Shown: piece by piece, positions 11,074-20,348 of the stretch | How the letters are laid out: each line of letters starts with the position of its first letter | How positions within the stretch are numbered: position 1 is the stretch's first letter | Virus record (IMG/VR): IMGVR_UViG_3300030329_005017 | Location: 4,914 to 68,913 of that record | DNA length: 64,000 nt | Strand: one strand, 5' to 3' | From: a virus | Program-made: the position numbers and the translations under genes | Notes under the pieces: model-generated | Databases searched by the model: none | What the model saw: only the letters and a program-made list of their open reading frames with translations | Told to the model about the DNA's origin: nothing

Positions 11074-11577
11074 ATGGATTACAAATATATTTCTAAGTAT
11101 CAACAGTTTAGTAATGATGAGTTAAAGGAACTAGAAAATACTATTATTAAAAACCATCCAGATGATATTGATAATATTATAGAAGTAGGAACCAAGGCAG
11201 GATTTGCTACATTAATGCTTTCTAGTATTTCCAAGAATGTTATTACTGTAGATGAGCCAGCATTTTGGAGTCCTTCTGTTAGGGATCATTTGGATCTAAA
11301 CAAGATTCATAATGTTAAGGTTCGTAATGAACGAGATATTTTAACAGTATTAGAGCAAGAAATAAAGAACAAGCCAGAAGTTATTTATATTGATTCTGTT
11401 CCTAATGAAATAACTCCTTTTCTAAATGTAGTTAAGAAGTTTCAAAAAACTGCTTCAGATTATAAAAGTGTTACTATTGTGTATAGAACAGAAGATGGCT
11501 TTGAAAGTGAAAAGTTAGAAGCTTTTAAAAAGACACCTAAAAAGAAACCCGCTGCTGAGGATAGTGTTAGCGGCTAA
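11074..11577 (+). CDS. Class I SAM methyltransferase-like protein (Methyltransf_24-like)
   Basis: IIEVGTKAGFAT, VITVDE and IYIDS motifs. GGAG RBS. Confidence 0.55.
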   Translation: MDYKYISKYQQFSNDELKELENTIIKNHPDDIDNIIEVGTKAGFATLMLSSISKNVITVDEPAFWSPSVRDHLDLNKIHNVKVRNERDILTVLEQEIKNKPEVIYIDSVPNEITPFLNVVKKFQKTASDYKSVTIVYRTEDGFESEKLEAFKKTPKKKPAAEDSVSG

Positions 11578-11642
11578 ACTTATTTTTAAAAACTATTTAT
11601 TTTGTATATTTTATTTATTAAAATAAAAGAAAAGGAAATACT

Positions 11643-12212
11643 ATGGCATTCTTAGATTCAACAACCGCAGTCATCGACGCGATTTTAACTCGTAAGGGCA
11701 GGGAGCTTCTTGCAAAAAACGATGGTAGTTTTCAGATTACTAAGTTTGCCTTTGGCGATGACGAAATAAATTATCAGCTTTATGATGCTACTAAGGCAAC
11801 CAATCAAGATGCAGACATCCTTAGTCTTCCTGTATTGGAGCCTATTTCAAATGAAAATGTCGCACTACTTTATAGACTTATTTCATTACCACAAGGGACG
11901 CTTAAGATTGCAACTCTAAGTGTTACTCCTACGGTTGGTACTGTAGATTATGGCGACGATCTTAGTATTACTGTTTCTACTGATAATGGTACTGATGGTC
12001 AAGGCTACGCAGCTACATCTAGAGATCCTGACATTGCAAGGTTGGCTTCACCTACTGTTGGAGTTGATAATGCTGTAGGTACCTTTACAATAAGAACAGG
12101 TGCTAATGCAGGTAGCAAGTCTGGCACTACCATTATTGACATAACAGGCATTAACACCGGAGCAAGAAAAGAGGTAACCCTTACTGTAAGCGCATCAGGC
12201 ACTACAACATAG
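11643..12212 (+). CDS. Baseplate/tail-collar protein (N-half of gpH/DUF3751-like fold plus Ig-like domain)
   Basis: DAILTRKGRELLAK...FQITKFAFGDDEINY, followed by a C-terminal Ig-like beta-rich domain. Confidence 0.6.
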   Translation: MAFLDSTTAVIDAILTRKGRELLAKNDGSFQITKFAFGDDEINYQLYDATKATNQDADILSLPVLEPISNENVALLYRLISLPQGTLKIATLSVTPTVGTVDYGDDLSITVSTDNGTDGQGYAATSRDPDIARLASPTVGVDNAVGTFTIRTGANAGSKSGTTIIDITGINTGARKEVTLTVSASGTTT

Positions 12213-12222
12213 GAAATAAATT

Positions 12223-13098
12223 ATGGCAATTAACACATTCGATTTAGATAGAGATGTTACAACTGCAGCAGTAATATCAAAAACTAACTATGAAATAACA
12301 AGTCCTACTGCTGCTCAGAATAGAAGTATTGCCGCTTTTGTTATGGAAGCTACATCTACTGGTTTTTTGGTTAACTCTCAGGGCACTACTACTACAACAC
12401 CTCTTAGTTCAGCGTTTAGAAATATATCAAACTATTTCTTTTCGTCTTCTGCCGCTAATGCCATACCAGTAGCCCAGAATAATGTTACTACTTCGGGTAT
12501 CGCGAGAGTTATTACTATTGGTAGAGAGACAACTGATGACGCTATTCTTTCGGGTAGTGTTACGGCTACTTTTAGTTTTGGAACTGCACAGAATAAGGTT
12601 ATTGTTGATGTGCCAGAGACAACCGTGTCGGGTAGTGTGGGACAAAAAGGTGACTTGGTAGAAGCTTCGCAAACTACTAACATTGTAGGTACAGTGTTTT
12701 ACGATAGTGGCACTTTGGTATTTCATGGTGGTGATAGTTCTAGAAATACTAACTTTCTAGATGCCGCTACTTCAGGCTTTCAGTTTGGAACTGGAGCCAC
12801 AGCTAACACTATTGCTGTTAATAATCTTCAGTTTACAAGCCTTAATTTGATAAAGAGAAGTATGTTCTTTGTAAGAGCATTTAATAGAGAGTTTAACTTT
12901 ACTAACAATCCTACTGCTATTACAAATGCCGTTGATGGTTCTGTTTCTTCTAACCTTACTGGCAATCCTACTACCTTTATTACTACTGTAGGTTTATATA
13001 ATAGTGATAATGAATTGTTAGCGGTAGCAAAAACTTCGCCTCCGGTAAGAAAGGATTTTTCTACGGAGAAAATTTTTAATATTAGACTACAATATTAA
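12223..13098 (+). CDS. Tail-collar-like structural protein, paralogue 1
   Basis: C-terminal FITTVGLYNSDNELLAVAKTSPPVRK motif. Confidence 0.65.
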   Translation: MAINTFDLDRDVTTAAVISKTNYEITSPTAAQNRSIAAFVMEATSTGFLVNSQGTTTTTPLSSAFRNISNYFFSSSAANAIPVAQNNVTTSGIARVITIGRETTDDAILSGSVTATFSFGTAQNKVIVDVPETTVSGSVGQKGDLVEASQTTNIVGTVFYDSGTLVFHGGDSSRNTNFLDAATSGFQFGTGATANTIAVNNLQFTSLNLIKRSMFFVRAFNREFNFTNNPTAITNAVDGSVSSNLTGNPTTFITTVGLYNSDNELLAVAKTSPPVRKDFSTEKIFNIRLQY

Positions 13099-13113
13099 TA
13101 GTGATCGCATGTT

Positions 13114-15471
13114 ATGGCATATAAAGCATTTAGTCTGGAAGATCAACAACCGTTTGCTACAAGCAAGGGCGCAAATGTCTCTCTTAGTGAAGACAGCCCT
13201 TGCGCCAGCTTTTTACATTTTTTTACAGGTGTAAGAAGTTTTGGTAAAGTAAATATTTTTGATCCTAACCAACCCCCTAGTTTTGACATAACAACTCTGA
13301 CGGAAGTAAAATATAACTGGAACTTTGATGGATATGTATTACCGGGGCAAACTACTCTAACAGCACAAGTTTATGATGGCGCTTTCTTAAGTTCTGCTGA
13401 TCAATTTTTTGCCACAGATACAAACGCTAATAGCTCTAAGAGTCATCAAGATATTTTTCGTTTCTGCCAAAGCTATCTTTATAGAGCAGATAAAGATCTG
13501 GTGGAGTTTGGTGGAGCGGTAGCGGCTACGGCTCTTGATAGTTCATCTTCAGCAGGTTATAAGACAGACGTAGTAAGAGAGATTAATACTCGTAAAGATT
13601 TATTTAAGTCTGCTATTAAGCCACAAAGTTTTAGACTACAAGTTAATGATTCCAATACATCTATAACAGGAGCTATTAATGGAGCTTCTGCTAATACGGC
13701 ATATAGTGGAACCACTTTGTTTGGAAGTCAAACTCCAAATGTGTCGGCATTTACTACAGCCTTGGAGTTAAAAAATCCTTTTGGTGGTATAGCATCTACT
13801 ACTAAGAAAAGCTTTTTTGGTGTAGATGTACAAAGGAATGGCAGTAACGCTAAACAAACTACTCAACCTAACTTAGATTCAGTAAGAACTGCCTGTACTA
13901 TAGAGGCTATTATTAGACCGTTTAGAAGTGATTCTATTATATATTTTAGAAGGCTAAACACAGGCACTAATGGTACTGACTTTTCAACATCACTAACCCA
14001 AGACAATTTTATGAAGTTGGAGTTAACCAACTCACCAGATGGAACACAGCCGGCCTTTAGGTTTAGTATAAGAACAGTTTCAGATGCCGGCGATTTTACT
14101 TCTGATTTTGCTCAAGCTAATGTTCAAGCTTCTGGGTTATTTATTCCTAATGATGTAGGTATTAATATATTTGATGGTCAGTTTCATCATATTGTAGTAA
14201 GTTGGGATATGTATGAGTTTGATAACTTAACTTCTTCTAGTAATGCTGAGTTAGGTGCAGGTATTGTTTTAGGGTATATTGATAACTATAAGCTTCAAAA
14301 CAGAGAACAGGTTTTTCCGAGACTTTCGGGCGCTGATGCTGCTGATGGTCCAGTTGTACAGGCTAATATGGTAGAGAATAGAATACCAGTCAAACAAACT
14401 GCTTTGTATGGTGCGTTAGGGGCAGGTGTTTTTAACCTAAACAATGTATATATTGGAACCTCTAACTATAATAGACCAAATGGCGATACTAAGGGAGACA
14501 TTGGTGCTTTAGCTACTCAGTTTGATGGTAAAATACAAGGTATGTTTGATGGTCAGATACAACATTTGCGGGTGTGGAATCAAAGACTCAAGGATGGGTA
14601 TGGTGAATGGAACTTAGGTGTTGGACAGCAGCTAACCTTATCTGCAGCAAATCAAGAAACCAACACTTCTGTTGCTCTTAGTTATGATAACTTTCAAAAC
14701 TCTGCTTTGACTTCAACTTCAGCTGCCAATATTGCAGCTTGGTGGTATTTCAATAATATCAATGGCGTTAGTGGCGCTGATATTGCAGGTGGTTTATCGG
14801 CATCTACTCAACCTGGCGATGCTACTGGTGTATTATCATCTAACACAGGTGCAGTGGTGGGTAATGGCAAAGTAAAGCTATTTGATAATAAGGATATAGT
14901 TTGTGGCACTAGTGGTAATGTCTTAACAGACTTACAAGTATCTGCTATTCCACGCGATTATTTATATTTTGATCAGAAACCTATGAACTCGCCTGTTAAT
15001 AACTATTTGCCTCAAGGTAGGTTGTTGAGAACAGGTATTGATAACTCTGAGCATAGAATTGGTTTGGTTTATTATGATTTAGGATTAGCAACTATTGATG
15101 GCGATGATCCTACTGCTCGACTAAACTGGACATTTGCGGCTTCGGGGACTACGGGTGATATGGGGTTTGCTGTAACTGGTCTTAATAATACTTCATTTAA
15201 CTTCCAGCGGATTGTGTTTGAAAATCAAGAAAATATTGCTACATTGTTATTGAATGCTACAGCAAGTGGTAATGAAATGAATTTCGCTGGCAACAGAACA
15301 GGTTATAGTAGTGAAACTGAAGAGCCAGTGTTTGATGATCCTACTAGCTATATTACAAGTGTTGGTCTTTATAATCATAACAATGATTTGTTGGCTGTTG
15401 CTAAACTAGCTAAGCCAGTTAAAAAAGATGATACTATTAATTTGACTACTCAAGTTAAGCTAGATTTTTAG
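13114..15471 (+). CDS. Tail-collar-like structural protein, paralogue 2, with LamG insert
   Basis: C-terminal YITSVGLYNHNNDLLAVAKLAKPVKK. TIEAII, DGQFHHIVVSW and FDGQIQHLRVWN are LamG motifs. Confidence 0.65.
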   Translation: MAYKAFSLEDQQPFATSKGANVSLSEDSPCASFLHFFTGVRSFGKVNIFDPNQPPSFDITTLTEVKYNWNFDGYVLPGQTTLTAQVYDGAFLSSADQFFATDTNANSSKSHQDIFRFCQSYLYRADKDLVEFGGAVAATALDSSSSAGYKTDVVREINTRKDLFKSAIKPQSFRLQVNDSNTSITGAINGASANTAYSGTTLFGSQTPNVSAFTTALELKNPFGGIASTTKKSFFGVDVQRNGSNAKQTTQPNLDSVRTACTIEAIIRPFRSDSIIYFRRLNTGTNGTDFSTSLTQDNFMKLELTNSPDGTQPAFRFSIRTVSDAGDFTSDFAQANVQASGLFIPNDVGINIFDGQFHHIVVSWDMYEFDNLTSSSNAELGAGIVLGYIDNYKLQNREQVFPRLSGADAADGPVVQANMVENRIPVKQTALYGALGAGVFNLNNVYIGTSNYNRPNGDTKGDIGALATQFDGKIQGMFDGQIQHLRVWNQRLKDGYGEWNLGVGQQLTLSAANQETNTSVALSYDNFQNSALTSTSAANIAAWWYFNNINGVSGADIAGGLSASTQPGDATGVLSSNTGAVVGNGKVKLFDNKDIVCGTSGNVLTDLQVSAIPRDYLYFDQKPMNSPVNNYLPQGRLLRTGIDNSEHRIGLVYYDLGLATIDGDDPTARLNWTFAASGTTGDMGFAVTGLNNTSFNFQRIVFENQENIATLLLNATASGNEMNFAGNRTGYSSETEEPVFDDPTSYITSVGLYNHNNDLLAVAKLAKPVKKDDTINLTTQVKLDF

Positions 15472-15480
15472 GGGTATGAA

Positions 15481-16476
15481 ATGAATAAACTACCACAACA
15501 AATCTTTAATAACTCATCTACTGGTGGGCCTAGAGTGCCTGTAGCTGTTCATCCTTTGATTAAAACAGCATATGTAAGTTTGTCTCCACAAGATCAGTTT
15601 TTTAACAACTGGGAAACTTCTAACCTAGTAACCTTAAGCGGATTTAATTCTGCGTTAGGTTTAGCTGATCACACAATGACAACTAATAAAAACAAGGTAC
15701 AGGCTTATACAGCAACTGTAACAGGTAGTAACTCCAGTAACTTTTTTGTTATTGGAGGTTTGATGAATCAACGACACTTTACTAACACTTTGACCGGAAC
15801 TACTACCGCTTCATTATCTGCTATCGTAGGTAATGGTGCTATGGGTGTATTTTCTATTAGAAAGCTTTATTTTGATACTAAAATAGAGCCTGGAAGTTTA
15901 ACGGCTACTGTAACTGGAACCAACTCTTTTGGTATAGATATGGCTGGTGATTATTATGACTCTGGTTCGGGTGAGTTTAAAGCTAAAACAGCACATGGTG
16001 GTGCTGTTGATGCAGATGGAACTATTGGCGCAGTATTAGTTGATGAAGGAATGTTTGTGGTTACTTCTTCTACTATGAGAGAAGTGGCTACAGCAGTTAC
16101 TGCGGTTAAGTATAGGACTAATGTATTAAACACAACTATAAGTGTTTTCTGTAAATGTTCATCTGACGCTCTTAACTTTACATTAAACCCATCAAGTTTT
16201 AGTATTAGTTCTATTAGTGCTTCTACAGATCCTGCTATTGGCGCTATCGGCCAATCATTTAATAATATTTTAGCTAACTCAACAATAACAGCTAGTACTG
16301 ATAGAGCGCAATATTTACCGGGACTTGTAAGTTCTGGAGCTGGTTGGTCACCATACATAACAACAGTTGGTCTTTATAATAATAATAATGATTTATTGGC
16401 TGTTGCAAAAGTGGCTACACCACTTAAGAAACCAAATGATTTACCACTAACTTTTAAGGTGCAAATAGATGTTTAA
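15481..16476 (+). CDS. Tail-collar-like structural protein, paralogue 3
   Basis: C-terminal YITTVGLYNNNNDLLAVAKVATPLKK. KIEPGSL motif shared with the paralogues. Confidence 0.65.
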   Translation: MNKLPQQIFNNSSTGGPRVPVAVHPLIKTAYVSLSPQDQFFNNWETSNLVTLSGFNSALGLADHTMTTNKNKVQAYTATVTGSNSSNFFVIGGLMNQRHFTNTLTGTTTASLSAIVGNGAMGVFSIRKLYFDTKIEPGSLTATVTGTNSFGIDMAGDYYDSGSGEFKAKTAHGGAVDADGTIGAVLVDEGMFVVTSSTMREVATAVTAVKYRTNVLNTTISVFCKCSSDALNFTLNPSSFSISSISASTDPAIGAIGQSFNNILANSTITASTDRAQYLPGLVSSGAGWSPYITTVGLYNNNNDLLAVAKVATPLKKPNDLPLTFKVQIDV

Positions 16477-18238
16477 AAATATTTTCGCTAGTGGAACTGG
16501 CGTTACTCAAAGCACTGATGTAAGGTTGATTGATGATCCAGATGCATTGGAGTTTGGAGATACGCCTAGTTATTTATGTGCTGCTGGCATAACTGGAAAT
16601 AATGTAAATGGTAATCTTACTGGCTCTCTAAAATCACTAGAGTTAGACGGTATAGATGATTATGTAAAGTTAGCCACAACCGCGGGACTTGGTAGTGAAA
16701 TCGTTCTTGAAGCTATTGGGGATGATAATGAAGGAGTTAAGCATGGTTCAACAGCTAACAATATAGCTTTTGAGGCATGGATAAAACTTGATTCTTCTAT
16801 TACTGCCATAGACGACCCTTCACAATATTATGAAGCTACTATTCAAAGAACCGCTACTGGATCTTTTAGTGGTTTTGATGGAATCTATAGTTGTAAAACA
16901 ATATACGCTACAAGTGCGAATGACTCTAGTCCATCTTCACCTGGATATGATGCAGCTGTTTCGGCTCACTTTATTGAGTTTAGTTATGCTGGCGAACGGT
17001 TAGGTGGCACTGGACCAATATATGATCTTTCTATGTCTTCTGCTTGTAGTATTCCTTTGGATACTTGGGTCAATGTGTGGTGCGAGCATACTGTTACGGC
17101 ATCATCTACAGATACGGCAGCATTAAGTGGAGCACATACTTTTAAAATATATAGAGATGGCGTTTTAGATAGAATGCAAACAGGTCATAACTTGATAGAC
17201 AAAGCCAATCCAGCTGGAGGAGCTTCACAGTTTCCTTCTACTTCATTGAGAGAAAGTTATTGGTATGATGATCCTGTATCATTTGATGGCAGGGTGGATG
17301 AGATGCGACTATGGCTAATGTCCGCTACTACAGACTCTATAACAGCACTAACTTCTGTTACTGGCATTGGCCTGAAGCCGGATGAGTTTGATGAGTTAGA
17401 ACAATCTACTTATGATCAGTTTGCACCAAGTGGAGATTATTTGGCTGCTTGGTGGAGGTTTGAAACACTATCTGCTATTGACTTATTCGCTACTGTTGCG
17501 GATTGTATTCCCGATGTTACAGCTTATGGTCATAGCGGCACACCTTATAACTTTTCTGGCGCTGTAGATTTTTCTGAAGAAACTGTACATACAAGAGGTG
17601 TTAGATGTACAGATTTTTGGAAACTATCTGGTGGCACAGAAGATCATGGGGGATTAACTGTTGTAGAAGAAAAGGATAGAGGTAATAATGCTATATTGAT
17701 TGATGAGGGTATGGAAAACCTAGTTACATCTGCTAATAATACTTGGAGTGCGATTAACTCTGATGCGGCTGTTAATCAAGATTCTATAAATATTTTTTAT
17801 GGATCTTCAGCGGTTATTGTTAATACTCTTAGTGCGGGAACTGGAGCGGTTCATACAATAGATTATGGAAATTTATTTTTTGATAAAAATGATTATACTA
17901 TAGGTATGAGAAACATAGTAACTTCTGGTTCATCTTCAGCGAGAGTTACCTTTACATTAGGTCACCTTTCTAATTCTACTTCTACTACCGCTATCTTTAA
18001 TAAAACTACATGGGTACCTACGACTCTTACCTTGACTTGTTCGGCTGATGCTGATGAAACTAGTATTACTGGTTCGGTAAAAGTTGAATCATTAACTAAC
18101 TCTTCAGAAACAGATAACGCTGGCTCATTATTTAGAATAGATGGCTTATCAATACAAGAAGGTGATTACGACTCTACATTCATTGGACCCGATCAAATAA
18201 GAAAGTCGGGCGAAATTAACTGGGCCGTGGTGGATTAA
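16469..18238 (+). CDS. LamG/ConA-like virion protein (possible receptor binding)
   Basis: SLELDGIDDYV, AFEAWIK, FDGRVDEMRLW, LAAWWRFE. C-terminal CBM-like domain (FRIDGLSIQEG). Confidence 0.65.
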   Translation: MFKNIFASGTGVTQSTDVRLIDDPDALEFGDTPSYLCAAGITGNNVNGNLTGSLKSLELDGIDDYVKLATTAGLGSEIVLEAIGDDNEGVKHGSTANNIAFEAWIKLDSSITAIDDPSQYYEATIQRTATGSFSGFDGIYSCKTIYATSANDSSPSSPGYDAAVSAHFIEFSYAGERLGGTGPIYDLSMSSACSIPLDTWVNVWCEHTVTASSTDTAALSGAHTFKIYRDGVLDRMQTGHNLIDKANPAGGASQFPSTSLRESYWYDDPVSFDGRVDEMRLWLMSATTDSITALTSVTGIGLKPDEFDELEQSTYDQFAPSGDYLAAWWRFETLSAIDLFATVADCIPDVTAYGHSGTPYNFSGAVDFSEETVHTRGVRCTDFWKLSGGTEDHGGLTVVEEKDRGNNAILIDEGMENLVTSANNTWSAINSDAAVNQDSINIFYGSSAVIVNTLSAGTGAVHTIDYGNLFFDKNDYTIGMRNIVTSGSSSARVTFTLGHLSNSTSTTAIFNKTTWVPTTLTLTCSADADETSITGSVKVESLTNSSETDNAGSLFRIDGLSIQEGDYDSTFIGPDQIRKSGEINWAVVD

Positions 18239-19672
18239 ATGGAAACTAAAGATTTAGTAATAGAAGCAACAGTAGCTTTTAAAAGCAATAAGGGAAACTT
18301 TGATCATCAACCTGTTTTTACTTTGACTAACAATCCGGGACTAACTGGTGATGATTTTATTTCTTTGTATAGAATAAGACGATCCACATTGCCAAGTCAA
18401 GGGTTGTCTGGCACAGCTGTTTCCGCTGATGGAAGAATAGGTTTAACTATTGGAAGCTCTCAGGGCATAACTTCTTTAACTGGTAGTACAAGAATAAAAG
18501 CACAAAGTTTAACTGCTGGCGCGCCGACTCTCACCGCTGATTGGGCTGCTGGTCCTAACTCTGGTACTTTGATTTCTACCACAAGCACTACATGGTTGCC
18601 TGTTTATAATATTATTATTAATCAAACTGACACCAGTAAGATAGAGGTTATAACATTAGAAGAAGAAGAAAATAGATTTACGAGCGATTTAACTATTACG
18701 GGGTTACCTACTTTAGCAGATATGAAAGTAATGGGTAATGGAGTAAGGCCACTAGGTAAGCAAACTGAAACAGGAGGTACTACACCCACTGGAGAAGAAG
18801 GTAAAGCAGAGATATTAACTTATCTTTATAATAGGATGGAAGTACAAAACTCTTGGACCTCATCTGGCTTGACTGGTGTTTATGATAGATCCTTTAATGG
18901 ATTAAGTGGTGCGTTGATGGGTAAGGCCGCAGGTAAAGGTGCAATGCAAACTGGTGGAAACCCTGGCGCTGGTACTGCAACAGTTACAGGATGGAGTTTA
19001 GGACCAATAGAGGGTGGTTTTAGATTAGATAATGGTGGATACATAAAAACAAATAGATTAGCACCTAATGCTAGTCTTTTTAATACTAGAGATGAAGCTA
19101 CTAGTGGTATGACATTTATGACTTATGCTAGGTTTCATGCTACTGGCTCTACTCAAAACATTATTACTATAGCCGGTGATGAAACAAACCCTGCTTTTAC
19201 TCTATCTTTTAAAGGTAATGGAGAACAAGCTGATACTGGTATTATAGAGTTTAGTAATTATTTATCTTCTATTACTGCTGGCTCTATTACAGCTTCTGAT
19301 AATACAATGGCTGGAGCTTATCCTATTAAACTTAATAGGTGGTATCATATTGCTGGCAAAGTTTCTGCTATTGGAGATTTATCTGGTTTATCATTATATA
19401 TAAACGGAGAAAAAACTACATTAGCTAGATCAACATCTTCTGTATCTGGTACTGGACCTGCAGCTGCTACTGGCAATATAGTAGCTATGGCTAGCCCAAC
19501 TAATCCTTTAGCTTTCTTTGGATCTGATAAGGCAGGTAATGGAGCAGTGGTAGCTCATGATCTATCTTTAACTAGAATATTTACTAGAGGCTTAAGTGAT
19601 TCTGAAGTGTTCCAGAATTATATAGCTACTGTACCAGGTAATATTACTTTAAAATCTTTTAAGATAGGATAA
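18239..19672 (+). CDS. LamG-domain virion protein
   Basis: LNRWYHIAG, LSLYINGE, RIFTRGLSDSEVFQNY. Confidence 0.65.
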   Translation: METKDLVIEATVAFKSNKGNFDHQPVFTLTNNPGLTGDDFISLYRIRRSTLPSQGLSGTAVSADGRIGLTIGSSQGITSLTGSTRIKAQSLTAGAPTLTADWAAGPNSGTLISTTSTTWLPVYNIIINQTDTSKIEVITLEEEENRFTSDLTITGLPTLADMKVMGNGVRPLGKQTETGGTTPTGEEGKAEILTYLYNRMEVQNSWTSSGLTGVYDRSFNGLSGALMGKAAGKGAMQTGGNPGAGTATVTGWSLGPIEGGFRLDNGGYIKTNRLAPNASLFNTRDEATSGMTFMTYARFHATGSTQNIITIAGDETNPAFTLSFKGNGEQADTGIIEFSNYLSSITAGSITASDNTMAGAYPIKLNRWYHIAGKVSAIGDLSGLSLYINGEKTTLARSTSSVSGTGPAAATGNIVAMASPTNPLAFFGSDKAGNGAVVAHDLSLTRIFTRGLSDSEVFQNYIATVPGNITLKSFKIG

Positions 19673-19724
19673 ACTAAAAACCCACTGCACATAAGGTTAA
19701 TAAACTTTTACAGAGATTTAAACT

Positions 19725-20348
19725 ATGAATTTTCAAATAAATAAAAATAAAACGGTTGATGATTTCAAAAAGTATATTAAAAAGTTTGAAAAGCCAGAGG
19801 ATGATTATAATCCTAAGCATGCTAAGAAAATAAGCACTCCTAGTAATTATTATGTGTTGGATAGAGTACGCTCTCTGTATCAGTGGGTATTAAGAAACTC
19901 TATTTTAGATCTAAGGCATAGCTATATTCATAATGACGATGACTTCAAACAACTTAAAGGTGATATTGAAAACTATATTAGAAACAAAATAAGAAGCAGA
20001 AGTGATGGAACCATCTATCTGAAGGTTAAAGATATAGTTTTTGATGGAAGCCAAGAACAATATAAAGATTATTTAGTAAAGAATAAAACAAAACTTATTT
20101 CTGTAGTTAGAAAGATAGTTGATGATATTAATGGTTTTATTAATGGTGAAGCTGAGTTTGATAAAAATAAGCCAGTATTAAACGATGAGTTTATTAAGGA
20201 AGAGATTGTAGAAGAAGAGGTAGTGGTAGAAGAAGAAGAGCAACCAGAAGAGAAGCCAGTCGTTGAGGAAGAAAAAAAGATATTTATTGGAGTAAGTTTA
20301 TCACTAAAGAGCTTAATGGAAGAGATTAATAATGAACAAAGTGATTGA
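19725..20348 (+). CDS. Hypothetical protein with acidic C-terminal tract
   Basis: 207-aa ORF with E/V-rich low-complexity tail. Confidence 0.55.
   Translation: MNFQINKNKTVDDFKKYIKKFEKPEDDYNPKHAKKISTPSNYYVLDRVRSLYQWVLRNSILDLRHSYIHNDDDFKQLKGDIENYIRNKIRSRSDGTIYLKVKDIVFDGSQEQYKDYLVKNKTKLISVVRKIVDDINGFINGEAEFDKNKPVLNDEFIKEEIVEEEVVVEEEEQPEEKPVVEEEKKIFIGVSLSLKSLMEEINNEQSD

Noticed and set aside
20195-20280. GAA-rich repeat-like tract
   Set aside because: Explained by a Glu/Val-rich low-complexity protein segment, not a DNA repeat element.
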